Assembly (NCBI GenBank): GCA_965261595.1
Contig: CBDHDG010000006.1
Span: 1,216,001-1,280,000 of the forward strand
DNA length: 64,000 bases
DNA from: a bacterium
GTDB taxonomy: Bacteria; UBA8248; JACPRG01; G963555815
Reading direction: 5' to 3'
The position numbers and the translations under genes were made by a program. Under the pieces are notes generated by a model, which saw only the letters and a list, made by a program, of their open reading frames with translations, ran no database searches and was not told the origin of the DNA. This document shows, in pieces, positions 19,961 to 30,566 of the stretch (the first letter of the stretch is position 1; each line of letters begins with the position of its first letter).

Positions 19961-21136
19961 ATGATCAAGGCCACGAAGGAGATGGTCCTCGCGACAACGA
20001 TCACCGGGTCCCTGCCGCGTCCGGGCTGGTACACGGCCAACCTGGTGGGCAGGCCCTTCCGGCTGGCCATGGCCGACAGCGTTTTCCGCGAGCAGTACAA
20101 CGACGCCGTCTCCTGCTTCCTCCGGGACCAGGAGCGGGCGGGACTCGACATCCTGACGGACGGGGACTGCCGGTTCGACACCGACGTGGGCGGGCGCTCG
20201 TGGGTGACCTATCCCGCCCAGCGCATCCGCGGCATGACGGCCTACGATCACACCACCCGGCACACAAATTGGGGCGGGACGGCGCCCGGGGAGCTGCTCT
20301 ACGAGCTTCTCGAGGCCCGGATGCTGCCCATCGTGACCGACAAGGTCGGCCGGGGGCCGCTGGAATACGGACCGCTCTGGAAGACCGCCCAGAAGATGAC
20401 GCGCAAGCCGGTCAAGTTCGGCGCCATCACGGCGGAATGCATCGAGTCCACCTGCGGGAACGAGTATTACAAAGACCGCAAAGAGCTGATCATGGACCTG
20501 GCGGCTGTCATCAACGAAGAGGTCCTGGATCTGGCCAAGAGCGGCTGCCCCGTCGTTCAGATGGAAGAGCCCTGGGTCCACCGGGTCGAGCATCACGAAG
20601 ACGATAAAGGAATCGGGATCGACTTCTACGTCGAGGCTTTCAACCGCTCCGTCCGGGGGCTGGGGGACCTGACCGAGGTCTGGTGCCACACGTGCTGGGG
20701 AAGCCCGGGAGCCCAGCGGTTCTACGACGAAGGGACGCAGACCTACGCCCGCTCCCTGGAGAAGCTGAACGAGCTCGACGCCGACGTGATCACCTTCGAG
20801 TGCGCCGGCTCGCCCGAGTGGGAGTTCGAGGAGATCGGCCGGGCGATCGCCGAGAAGAAAATCGCCCTCGGCGTCGTGAATCACCGGCTCCTTCAGGTCG
20901 AGACGCCCGAAAAGGTCGCCCGCATGGTGCGCGAGGCCCTGAAGCACATCCCGCCCGAGCGGCTGATCCTGTCGTCGGGTTGCGGATTCGGCCGGGAGGG
21001 GATGAGCCGCCGCCACGCCTTCTACAAGATGGCGGCGATTGTCCGGGGGGGCAACATCGTGCGGAAAGAGCTCGGGATACCGGAGGCCGACTGCGTGGCC
21101 GAAGACCCCCGGTTCAATCTCGTTGACGCGGAATAA
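19961..21136 (+). CDS. Cobalamin-independent methionine synthase II family protein
   Basis: TTITGSLPRP, QERAGLDILTDG, QMEEP, HTCWG, SSGCGF. Confidence 0.85.
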   Translation: MIKATKEMVLATTITGSLPRPGWYTANLVGRPFRLAMADSVFREQYNDAVSCFLRDQERAGLDILTDGDCRFDTDVGGRSWVTYPAQRIRGMTAYDHTTRHTNWGGTAPGELLYELLEARMLPIVTDKVGRGPLEYGPLWKTAQKMTRKPVKFGAITAECIESTCGNEYYKDRKELIMDLAAVINEEVLDLAKSGCPVVQMEEPWVHRVEHHEDDKGIGIDFYVEAFNRSVRGLGDLTEVWCHTCWGSPGAQRFYDEGTQTYARSLEKLNELDADVITFECAGSPEWEFEEIGRAIAEKKIALGVVNHRLLQVETPEKVARMVREALKHIPPERLILSSGCGFGREGMSRRHAFYKMAAIVRGGNIVRKELGIPEADCVAEDPRFNLVDAE

Positions 21137-21181
21137 AATCTTCGCGCGCTGAGGAGATCGCCGACCGGAAATTCGCGCATC

Positions 21182-21281
21182 GGGGCGGGTGCAGAGCCCC
21201 GCCCCTACACCGATTCAGAAGGTAGGGGCTCTGAAATGTAGGGGCGGGGCGAGAGTCGGGTGACTCCTATACCCGCCCCCC
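21182..21281. repeat. Pair of GTAG-type REP elements between convergent genes
   Basis: GGGGCGGG..CCCGCCCCTAC (21182-21208) and GTAGGGGCGGG...CCCGCCCC (from 21237). Confidence 0.65.
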
Positions 21282-21287
21282 TCAAGG

Positions 21288-22046
21288 TCAGGTGAAGACA
21301 ACCCCCCCGTCCACGATGATGAGCTGGCCGGTCATGAAATCGCCGGCGGGCGAGGCGAGGTAGACGATCGTCCCCTGGACGTCTTCGGGGTATTCGGAGC
21401 GCTTGAGGCAGCGGGTGGCGTGGGAGCGCTCCTCGGCCTTCCCGACGAAATCCCCCATCTCCAAGACCTTCTCGCTCAACGTAAAACCCGGGGCCAGCGT
21501 GTTGACGGTGATCCCGTACTCCCCCACTTCCCGGGCCAGGGCGCGCGTGAGGCCGTGGACGGCCCCCTTGGAGGTCACGTAATGCAGGAAGCCGGTAATC
21601 CCGCACTCGGCGGTGGGTGAGCCGATGTTGATTATCTTCCCGGCCCCCTGCGCCTTCATGTGGGGGAAAACCGCCCGGCAGAGCAGGAAGATTCCTTTGA
21701 CGTTGACGCCCAGGACCCGGTCCCACTCCTCCGGGGTCTGCTCCCAGAAGGGCTTGTATTCGAGGTCGGCCCAGAGGGCGGCGTTGTTGATCAGAACGTC
21801 CACGCCGCCATACGCCTCCACCACATCCTGAACCAGCTTCCCGACGGAAGCCTCGTCGGAAACATCTACGTGGAAGGCCCGCCCTTCTCCTCCGGCGGCC
21901 GTGATTTCCGCCGCCGCGGGGCCCGCGTCGAGGATGTCGGCCAACGCCACGCGCGCGCCCTCTCCGGCCAGGGTCTTCGCGTACGCCTTCCCGATGCCGC
22001 GGCCGGCCCCCGTAACGAGAATGCGTCTTCCGTCAAGCCCTCCCAT
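21288..22046 (-). CDS. SDR family oxidoreductase
   Basis: TGAGRGIG, NNA, YVTSK, VDGG. Confidence 0.92.
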   Translation of the reverse strand: MGGLDGRRILVTGAGRGIGKAYAKTLAGEGARVALADILDAGPAAAEITAAGGEGRAFHVDVSDEASVGKLVQDVVEAYGGVDVLINNAALWADLEYKPFWEQTPEEWDRVLGVNVKGIFLLCRAVFPHMKAQGAGKIINIGSPTAECGITGFLHYVTSKGAVHGLTRALAREVGEYGITVNTLAPGFTLSEKVLEMGDFVGKAEERSHATRCLKRSEYPEDVQGTIVYLASPAGDFMTGQLIIVDGGVVFT

Positions 22047-22140
22047 ATCGTCCCCCCTCCCTCCCTACCCGGCGAAATGACCCGCGCCCGATTCAGGTGT
22101 GATGGATGGATCCGGCTTCGGCCGTCCGCCGCCGAACCCC

Positions 22141-23034
22141 TCACCGGAAGAAGGTCTCGGACTCCGGGACCTCGCGCTCTTCTTCCAGGAGACGCCGCTG
22201 CTCCTCCACGGTCGGCACGGCGGTCGATTCGAGATACTCCCGGGTGAACCCGTCCGCCAGCCCCTTCGCCCCCGAGCGGACCTCCCCCCGGACGGAGGCG
22301 TATATCTGGTCGAATTTCAGCGCCATGATCTTCTTCCGGATGTTCCGATACTCCTCCAGATGATAAGGGACCCGGCGCGGCGTGTTCTTCCAGGAGGTCA
22401 GCTCGCCCGTGCTCGGGGAGATCATGATCGTGTCGCCGGGGAAGAGGATCCCCCCGTGACGTCCGTACAACAGACAAAGCCCCCCCTCGAATTGGGCGGG
22501 GATGTGATGGACCCGAATCGCGTCGTCCAGGTCCAGCGATTCGGCGTCGAAGAATTCCACGTTGGGGTAACCGGCGGGCCAAGCCTTGTCCGCTACATGC
22601 ATCCGGATGGGGGCCTCGAATCGCGTGGAGAACTCGTCCATGGCCCCGTAGTAGTGCGGGTGCGAGAGGATGATGGTCTTCAGCCCGCCCCGCGAGGCGA
22701 TCCACGCCTCCAGGTCATCGGTCAGGAGCGGCTGCATGTCCATGAGGACGTTTCCGCCGGGCCGCTCGATGAACCAGGCGTAGTGGCGGATTCCCAGGAC
22801 CGGATGGACGTGGAGCCGCCAGACGTCCTCTTCCAGTTGGACGATGTCCATCGTGTGGTCCGCCCGAGCGGCGTCCGGGTCGGCGAACCGCTCCCGATCG
22901 CCCGTGGGCTCCGGGACATACCGGTTGGCGCAACCCAGACACTCGGGGAGGGGGGGGGATTCACCCGCCCGGACGAACGTCCGGTTGCCGCAGTACGTGC
23001 AGATCAAAGGGGATCGTGACATCAGGGTCGTCAC
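22141..23034 (-). CDS. MBL-fold metallo-hydrolase with N-terminal CxxC pairs
   Basis: ICTYCG..CLGC, ILSHPHYYGAM, LFPGDTI. Confidence 0.75.
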   Translation of the reverse strand: MTTLMSRSPLICTYCGNRTFVRAGESPPLPECLGCANRYVPEPTGDRERFADPDAARADHTMDIVQLEEDVWRLHVHPVLGIRHYAWFIERPGGNVLMDMQPLLTDDLEAWIASRGGLKTIILSHPHYYGAMDEFSTRFEAPIRMHVADKAWPAGYPNVEFFDAESLDLDDAIRVHHIPAQFEGGLCLLYGRHGGILFPGDTIMISPSTGELTSWKNTPRRVPYHLEEYRNIRKKIMALKFDQIYASVRGEVRSGAKGLADGFTREYLESTAVPTVEEQRRLLEEEREVPESETFFR

Positions 23035-23077
23035 CTGGGCCGAGGGCCGAATGGATGCCTCGGTTGGGACGTCGGGC

Positions 23078-25063
23078 CTATGCGGACGCCTCCTCCAAGC
23101 CCTCCCGTTTATATCGAGACCACAGAAGCAGAAAGAGCCCCCCCCCCACGATAGCGCCGGGGATGTGCCAGTAAAGGGTCGGGCCGATCAGGCCGATCCC
23201 CGCGACAAAGAACAAGATCCGCTTGACGGGATCGAGGGGGACGAAGGCGTAGTTCTGAATCGCGATGGCCATGGATACGATCCCGCCCAACGCGAAGATG
23301 ATGCCCACCGTGACCTTCCCCGCCGAGCCGATCAGGAGCAGGGACGGGTCCACGACGAACATGAAGGGGAGGAGAAACGCTGGCAGGGCGAGCTTCATGG
23401 CCTCGATGGCCGTGGGCATGATCAGCGAGCGGGCGATGGCGGCGGCCGCGTAGCTGGTGGGCGCCGTCGGCGGTGTAATGGCCGAAAAAGCGCTGAAGAA
23501 GATCACGAACAGGTGCGCCTGCGGGACGAGGATTTTCTCCGGCATGCCGAGGCTCTGCATCATCGTGATGAGGGCCGGAATCGCGATGCCCACCTGGATG
23601 ATGTACGCGGAGGAGAGAGGGAGCCCCATCCCGAGGACAATCGAGGTGAGCATGATGAAGACAAGCGCGAGGAAGAGGCTCCCCCCCGCGAAGTCCACGA
23701 GGAGGCCCGAGAATTTGACGGCGACGCCCGTGAGATCGAATATCCCGACCATGATGCCCGAGGTGATGATGGCGACGGCCACGATGGTCGCCTGGAGGCT
23801 CCCCTGGACCAAGGCGTCCCAGATGCGCCGTAGACCCATCTGGTTCTCTCTCTTCCAAACCACATAAATCCCCCGGGCGTTCATCCGCCCCGGTTTTTTC
23901 TTCATGGCGACGATGACCTGCATAAGCGCCCAGATCCAACAGACGATAAGAATCCCGCCGATGCACCGGACGACCGCATAACCCGGGCTGTAACCGGCCA
24001 CCAGGAGATAGATCAGGATGATCAGCGGCAGGGCCAGATATCCCCGCCCCTTCACGATCTTCTTGAGATCCGGCAGATCTTCCTTCGGGATGGTCGGAAT
24101 CTTTTCCTTCACCGAGTAGATGTGGACCATGATCCCCACGCTCAGGAAGTAGAGAACCGCCGGCAGGACGATCAGTTTCATGATCCGGGCGTAGGGAATC
24201 CCCGTGTACTCCGCCATCAGGAACCCGACCGACGCCATGACGGGCGGCATGATGAGCCCGCCGGTGGAGGCCGCCGCCTCCACCGCCGCCGCCACGTGGG
24301 CCTTGAAGCCGATCTTCTTCATCATGGGGATGGTGAAAGACCCCGTGATCACGGCGTTCGCGGTGCTGCTGCCCGAGATCGACCCCATCAGCCCGCTGGA
24401 CAGGACAGCCACCTTCGCCGGACCTCCCCGGAACTGGCCCGCGACGGCCGTGGCGAAGTCGATGGTGAACTGCCCGAACCCGGATTTTTCGAGAAACGCC
24501 CCAAACACGATGAACAGGAAGATGAACGTCGCGGAAATGCCCGTAGGCAAGCCGAACAGGCCGTCGGGCAGGAAATACTGGTTGTCCACCACCAGAGAGG
24601 CCGAATAACCCAGGTGGTAGAACAACCAGGGCATCCACGGCCCCACGAAGGCAAAGACGACGACGAGGATGGTGAGGGCCATCAGCGGCCATCCAATGAC
24701 CCGGCGGCAGCACTCCAAGACAACGCCCATGGCGCCGAACGCAAGGATCTTGTCAAAAACCGAGAAGGTGTCGACATGCCCGATGTGTTCGCTGATCCAT
24801 TCGTAGTGATAGAAGATATAGCCCATCGACGTCAGCCAGAAGAGCAGGATCAGGCCGTCATACCAGGGGAATCTGTCCGTATCCCGGTTTTTAAGAACCG
24901 GATAGGCCATCAAGCTGAGGGAAAACATGAAGGTGACATGAATAACGCGGTGGAGATAGGCCTCCGGCTGGCCGAAAACACCCGTCCAGATGTGATAGAT
25001 GGAAGAGCCCGCGGCAATCAGGCTCAACACCATCCAGGCCCGACCCTTCAGTTGTCTCTGCAT
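23078..25063 (-). CDS. TRAP transporter fused 4TM/12TM permease
   Basis: GGPAKVAV, ISGSSTAN, EAAASTGGLIMPPVM, ITPP. Confidence 0.93.
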   Translation of the reverse strand: MQRQLKGRAWMVLSLIAAGSSIYHIWTGVFGQPEAYLHRVIHVTFMFSLSLMAYPVLKNRDTDRFPWYDGLILLFWLTSMGYIFYHYEWISEHIGHVDTFSVFDKILAFGAMGVVLECCRRVIGWPLMALTILVVVFAFVGPWMPWLFYHLGYSASLVVDNQYFLPDGLFGLPTGISATFIFLFIVFGAFLEKSGFGQFTIDFATAVAGQFRGGPAKVAVLSSGLMGSISGSSTANAVITGSFTIPMMKKIGFKAHVAAAVEAAASTGGLIMPPVMASVGFLMAEYTGIPYARIMKLIVLPAVLYFLSVGIMVHIYSVKEKIPTIPKEDLPDLKKIVKGRGYLALPLIILIYLLVAGYSPGYAVVRCIGGILIVCWIWALMQVIVAMKKKPGRMNARGIYVVWKRENQMGLRRIWDALVQGSLQATIVAVAIITSGIMVGIFDLTGVAVKFSGLLVDFAGGSLFLALVFIMLTSIVLGMGLPLSSAYIIQVGIAIPALITMMQSLGMPEKILVPQAHLFVIFFSAFSAITPPTAPTSYAAAAIARSLIMPTAIEAMKLALPAFLLPFMFVVDPSLLLIGSAGKVTVGIIFALGGIVSMAIAIQNYAFVPLDPVKRILFFVAGIGLIGPTLYWHIPGAIVGGGLFLLLWSRYKREGLEEASA

Positions 25064-25278
25064 CTCAGGCCGCCTTGCGAGCGTTCACTGCGGGGGAGAA
25101 GCCTTCAGGAGGGATCAGCGGTCAGCCGCCCCCCCTTCCCCCCCCCGGCCACCGGGCGCGTGGGCGCACACTCCGGCGAGTTTCTCAGATCCGGCAACGG
25201 ACTTCAAACGAAATAAAACGGGGCCGGCGCACGGGCGCCGACCCCGTCGAGGCTGACGGTATCAACCGGAACCAAGCC

Positions 25279-26235
25279 CTACAGGGCGCCTACCTCCTTG
25301 AGATATTTCGTCAAGCCGGGGTGGCGCTTGGCGCCCAGGTCCTGCGTGGCGGATTTCGCGGTCACCCTTTTGAAGTTCGGGTTGACCTTTCTCATGTAAT
25401 CCAGGTTGCCGTACATCGCCTTGGCCATCTTATAGACCAGATTTGTCGAAACCTTCGCGCTGGTGACAACGATCTGGTAGGTCTGCACGACCTGGACGTC
25501 CTTCGCCCGGTTGTAGTACTTCTTCTCCAGCGTCACCGGGACGAGGGCGGGCTGAACCGAGCGGATCTTGCGGACATCCTCGTTGGTGAAGTTGAGGATG
25601 CGGATCGGCTTATGCGCCGCAAGCTGGATGAGCGGGGCGTATCGCTTTTCCCCCGGCCCCATGTAGGCGTCGATGTGGCCGTCTTTCATCTGCGAAACGG
25701 AATCGTTGAACCCCAGGTGAAGCGTCTTGGCGAAATCCTTGTAGGACATCCCGAGACCCTTCAGCATCTGCTTGTTCATGGCCTGGGCGGAGAATCGCTT
25801 GGGCATGGCGCTGACGCGCTTGCCCTTGAGCTGTGACCAATGCGTGATGCCGGAATCGGCCCAAACCACCCAGGTCATCATCTGGTTGTACTGAACGGCG
25901 GCGATTCTCAGGTCCGAGGTGTCCTTTCCCTTGAATGGCCCTCTGCCTTTGAGCGCGTCGGAGACCGTCGAGGCGAAGGTCAAGCCCATCGCAATCTTGC
26001 CGCTCAACGAGTTCAGGGCGTTGGCCACACCGCCGCCGATATCCAGGCTCACCTTGTCGCCGTACTCCTTATCCATCAGCCGCTGGATGGCGGTCCCGAT
26101 GGGATACCACGCGCCGCCCGGCTTCGAGACGCCGAACTTGAAGCTTTCCGCCGAGGCCGACGGGGTGATGGCCAGAGCGCCCACCAACAGGAGCGCGCAG
26201 ACGGCCGCGAGACCAACCTTGAAGTGCTTCATCAT
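25279..26235 (-). CDS. TAXI-family TRAP solute-binding protein
   Basis: Signal peptide, GGAWYPIG, GGGVAN, DGHIDA, HPGLTKY; RBS GAGGAGG. Confidence 0.9.
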   Translation of the reverse strand: MMKHFKVGLAAVCALLLVGALAITPSASAESFKFGVSKPGGAWYPIGTAIQRLMDKEYGDKVSLDIGGGVANALNSLSGKIAMGLTFASTVSDALKGRGPFKGKDTSDLRIAAVQYNQMMTWVVWADSGITHWSQLKGKRVSAMPKRFSAQAMNKQMLKGLGMSYKDFAKTLHLGFNDSVSQMKDGHIDAYMGPGEKRYAPLIQLAAHKPIRILNFTNEDVRKIRSVQPALVPVTLEKKYYNRAKDVQVVQTYQIVVTSAKVSTNLVYKMAKAMYGNLDYMRKVNPNFKRVTAKSATQDLGAKRHPGLTKYLKEVGAL

Positions 26236-26326
26236 CTTTTCCTCCTCCTCGCTTCCAGGAATTGAACCGCGTCCTCCGTTCCAACCACCGATTCCGCGGG
26301 CGTGGAGCCCGCGCCCGGATCCTCCT

Positions 26327-27796
26327 TCAAACAACGACCTTGTTCCGGCCCAGGTCCTCGAAAAGCTCGCGATGCTTTTCCCGTGTCGCTTGACGGACCT
26401 TATCCGAGACCCGGTTCATCACCGGATAGTCCTTGAACCACTTGTAATTCTTGCAGGCGTTGATGATGACCTTGGAGTTGAGGTGCATCTCGGGACCCAA
26501 CTTCAATCTCACCTCGGGCGACAGGCTCGGGTCCAGGGACGAGCCCCAGGTCTCTTTGATGATGTCCATCGATTCTTCGGGGTTGCAGCGCGTAACGACG
26601 GCCCACATGACGTCTTCCAGGCTTGTGATGTCGATGTCGTCATCCACGACCACCACGTACTTGATGAAGTAGGCCGTTCCCCGGGCGCCGGCCGCCACCA
26701 GCGCAGCCGATTTGGCGTGCCCCGCGAAACGCTGGCGGATGGACACGACCGTCATGAGGCGGCTCACCGGCTGCCAGACCCCAACCACTTCGGGAATCCC
26801 GGACTTCTCGAGGGCGTCCCACGTATCCGCCGCCAGCAGGGGTATCCCGGTATAAGGCCCGACCGGCGGCTTGAGCGGGGGGACGCCGAAAATGATCGGG
26901 TCGTTCCGGTGATAAACAGCGTCGATTTTGACGACGGGCTGGGGGTGCGGTCCCGACGCGTAATAGCCGGTGAACTCGCCGAACGGGCCTTCCATGCGAT
27001 TCTCGACTTCCATCGGGGGGATGTGACCCTCGATGACGATCTCCGCCGTGGCCGGAAAGGGGAGACCCGTCAACGGCCCATGAACGACCTCCAACGGCTC
27101 GCCCCGCAGATGCCCGATGTAATCGAATTCGCTGGTCCCGTAAGGGAAGAAAAACCCGGCCGGTATCCACGTCAGGGGCTCCTGGCCGAAGGAGATGACC
27201 ACGGGGAGACTCTCGCCTCGGGCGTGGGCCTTCTGGAGGAAAATCGCCGGGGTCTTGCCGGGCAAGGGGAGGATGCCGATGGTGTCGCGATCGAACACCA
27301 TATTCCGCTGGGCCGCCACGTTGATCCAGTCGCCCTCGGGGTCTTTCATGATGACCATGTTCCCCGTCCCGATGAAGGCACCGGGATCATGCTCATGCCA
27401 GCGGGGGGCCGGAAACTTGAGGATATCGACATCATCCCCACGGAAGACGTTCTCGAAAACCGGACCGTCCTTCACCACCCTCGGCGGAATCGGCTGATAA
27501 GCCGCCACCTTGTTCTTCCAATACCGCAGCGCCTCCATGGGCGGGGTGTCCGGATCGATCCCCAACGCCAGGGCGTTGCGCCGGACGTTGGTCAGGATGT
27601 TGGAGAGAACCCGGTATCCCTTGGGATAACCCTTGACCTGATCGAAGAGCAGGGCCGGATGACCCATGAGGTCTTCCTCCGCAATCATTTCGGTCAGGGC
27701 GCCGATCTCCAGGTCGGTCTCCGCACCATCGATCCGATGGAGCTCTCCAATCCGATCACACTCATCGATGAACTCTCGAAGGTCTTGAAAGATCAC
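26327..27796 (-). CDS. UbiD-family (prFMN-dependent) decarboxylase
   Basis: DLREFI, EIGAL, PALLFD, EGPFGEFTGYY, VVDDDIDI, SSLDPS. Confidence 0.93.
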   Translation of the reverse strand: MIFQDLREFIDECDRIGELHRIDGAETDLEIGALTEMIAEEDLMGHPALLFDQVKGYPKGYRVLSNILTNVRRNALALGIDPDTPPMEALRYWKNKVAAYQPIPPRVVKDGPVFENVFRGDDVDILKFPAPRWHEHDPGAFIGTGNMVIMKDPEGDWINVAAQRNMVFDRDTIGILPLPGKTPAIFLQKAHARGESLPVVISFGQEPLTWIPAGFFFPYGTSEFDYIGHLRGEPLEVVHGPLTGLPFPATAEIVIEGHIPPMEVENRMEGPFGEFTGYYASGPHPQPVVKIDAVYHRNDPIIFGVPPLKPPVGPYTGIPLLAADTWDALEKSGIPEVVGVWQPVSRLMTVVSIRQRFAGHAKSAALVAAGARGTAYFIKYVVVVDDDIDITSLEDVMWAVVTRCNPEESMDIIKETWGSSLDPSLSPEVRLKLGPEMHLNSKVIINACKNYKWFKDYPVMNRVSDKVRQATREKHRELFEDLGRNKVVV

Positions 27797-27952
27797 CCCG
27801 GAAATCTCCCTTCTCGGGTGGGGGACGAGGAAAGGGGCCTCCTCACTGCCGGGTGTGCGGCCCGGAGACGGCCGGACTCAGGTGCGTCCCGCATGTTCGA
27901 ATTCCCTCAACGGTACACAATCCGCCCAATCCGCGTCAACCGAAAATCAATC

Positions 27953-28853
27953 GGGGGTGATGTACCGTTTTGTGTGTAGAAAGTGTTTTCGGGCAAAAAG
28001 AGAGGGTGTACTCTTCCTGGGAGCAAGAAACCCATTTTGGAGGAGCACACCCAATGCAACCGAAGTTGCTTTTTGGGGATAAGGATTTGGGCCGGGCATT
28101 TCAAGAGCTGAATGAGACGTGGGAGGTGGAGTTGCCCATCGAGGCGAGCCTGAAAGGGTTTTTGGAGGGCCTGATGGCCGAGGAGCGGGCCGTCTACCTG
28201 GCGGCCGGGTTCCGGGAGCGCACGCCCAAGCGGCGCGACTGGGCCAACGGCCACTACGTCCGGGACCTGGGGACCGAGGGGGGGCTGATCCGCGCCCTGC
28301 GTGTGCCCCGGGTTCGCGGCGGCGGCTTTCAGAGCCGGGCGTTCGCGCTACCGGCGCCGCCGGGCGGTGGTGGACCGCACGCTTCGCGATTGCTTCCTGG
28401 CCGGGGTGTCCACCCGCCGGGTGGGGGCGTGCGTGAAGGGGTTGTTGGGTGAAGCGGTGAGCGCCTCCACCGTCTCGCGGGTGTGCACGGCGCTCAGCCG
28501 AGACGTTGCGGCGTTCCACGACCGCCCTTTGAGCGACCACTACCGTTGTGTGTTCCTGGATGGCCTGGCTTTCAAGGTGCGCGGGGCGTCGAGAAGCCGG
28601 CGCAAGGTCCTTTTGTGCGCGATGGGCGTCACACTCGCGGGCCGGCGGGAGATCATCGACTTCCGTCTGGCCGACTCGGAGAGCGAGGCCACATGGACGA
28701 AGTTCCTCGACGACCTCTACCACCGGGGGCTTTTGGGTCACTCCCTTCGCCTCATCATCACCGACGGCAACCCGGGGCTGTTGGCGGCGCTGGAGGTGGT
28801 CTACCCCTTCACGCCCCATCAGCGGTGCTGGTTTCACAAGATGGAAAACGTGG
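27953..28853 (+). pseudogene. IS256-family element, frameshifted and 3'-truncated
   Basis: NGHYVRDL..LRVPRVR in one frame, GVSTRR..FLDG..TDG..QRCWFHKMENV in the next; homology stops near 28853. Confidence 0.88.
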
Positions 28854-29067
28854 TTAAAATATCTCACCTCGCCAATGGTGCGACCGAGAACGCTGTGCTG
28901 AGATAAAGTGCTGTAAACATTGAATTTATTTTTCATTATCCCGTCTCTTGCCCCTTGCATTCCCGCCACGCTTGTGCTCAAATACGCACCGATTTGATGC
29001 AGCGTGTGTTCTATTTGATTACGGAATTGCATACCGAATCACCATAGAACAAAGGCAAGGAGCGACC

Positions 29068-29852
29068 ATGCCCAGAAGGAGCGAGCTCAGGATCACCAAA
29101 CGCACCGTGGATGCACTCACCGTCGATGCCACGGATGGCGTCTTCTGGGACCGGGACCTGGCGGGCTTCGGGGTGCGGGTCCATGCCACGGGTCGCAAGG
29201 TCTACGTAGTGCAGTCCCGGGGGCCGGCCGGACCGAAGCGAGTGACCCTCGGACGGCATGGGGACATGTCGACCGAGGAGGCGAGGAAGCGGGCGGCCGT
29301 GGTCATCGACCGCATCAAGCGGGGGGAGGACCCCGTGCCCGCGCCGCCCGAGCCGGAGCTCACGTTGACTGTCCGAACGGTTCCTGCGCACCCATGTCAA
29401 AGCCGAGCACCGTTGCAACGTACCGGAGCGTGCTCGACAAGCACATTCTTCCCACCCTGGGCGCGATGTCAATCAACGAGGTAGGACGAAGAGAGATTTC
29501 CGCGCTGCATCACCGGCTTCGTGACACGCCTGCAATGGCCAACCGGACGGTCAAGGTTCTGTCGAGAATGTTCTCGTTGGCGGAAGCCTGGGAAAGACTG
29601 CCGCCCGGCCGGAATCCGTGCCGGTCGGTGCGCCGCTACAAGGAGAGGTCGTGCGAGCGGTTTCTGACGCCGGAGGAGTTCCGGCGGCTGGGCCGTGTGT
29701 TGAGGGACGCGGAAACGGACGGCTCGGTGTGGCCGCCGGTGATTGCGGCGCTCCGGCTGCTGCTGCTGACCGGATGCCGGAAGAGCGAGATCCTGACGTT
29801 GCGCTGGGAATTTATGGATCGCTTTTTTCCACGCGATGCGGCGGTTGCATAA
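29068..29852 (+). pseudogene. Tyrosine integrase with arm DNA-binding domain, frameshifted, C-terminus missing
   Basis: WDRDLAGFGVRV..G.KVYVVQ; second frame ERFLT..LLLLTGCRKSEILTLRW, then ends without HxxR/Y. Confidence 0.88.
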
Positions 29853-30566
29853 CATATTGATATTATATGTAGATATCTGTTTCTCCATGCTTCCTGACTG
29901 ACGGCTTCCTGCAAAGTTCAACACTATTTCAACACGGGGATCGGGTAGTACCGAGGCGCGCTCCTGACGCCGTGTGCCGCCGCCGATCCGCCGTTTCCGC
30001 CGATTCGAGACCATCGGCCGCGCGAATCGTAGCCGTTCGGACTCCGGCCCGGAGCCGCCCCGAACCCGGAACCCCCCCGCCGGCGAGGGCCGCAATGATG
30101 GCGTTGACCAACGCCCTCGCGTTGCCGGTGCCCGTCCGTGGCCGCGAACCAATGCCGCGGGCGATCCCGTTCCAGGCGGTTCATCTCCATTCCGGAACGA
30201 TACCGTTCTCCCGGAGGAACTCTTCCGCCAACTCCGCAATCTGCTCTTCCCGGGAGGCGCAGAAGGCATGAACCGCACCCTCGTCGCGGACGTCACGCCG
30301 TTCGTGATGGCAATCGCGATGTGTGCGGCGGCGTTGGCAGCTTGGCGCGGAATCGCTCAGACATCAAGCAGATTCCGGGCGAGGTTCGCGGCATCTGCGG
30401 ACGCATCAAGAAACACAACAGTTTCGAGTGCCATCAACCAGGAACGGGCTGCAACCGGGTCTCCTACCCTTGCTTCCGCGACGATTCAGTCTTGAAATTC
30501 GCACCAATTTTGTGCAGTATAGAGCAGACTCATCGACGGCAATGGCCGATAGTTGGAGCAAATCTA

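Noticed and set aside
25919..27979. Long antisense ORFs (for example 25919-27979, 8655-10271, 41303-42688, 58988-60709)
   Set aside because: They lie opposite well-recognised genes and reflect high-GC codon bias.
28855..28900. att core or tRNA 3' remnant before the integrase
   Set aside because: No matching second copy or tRNA found in the window.
29860..30560. Retron msr-msd upstream of the PtuAB-like genes
   Set aside because: Some GC-rich hairpins are present, but there is no reverse transcriptase in the window and no convincing terminal a1/a2 repeats.
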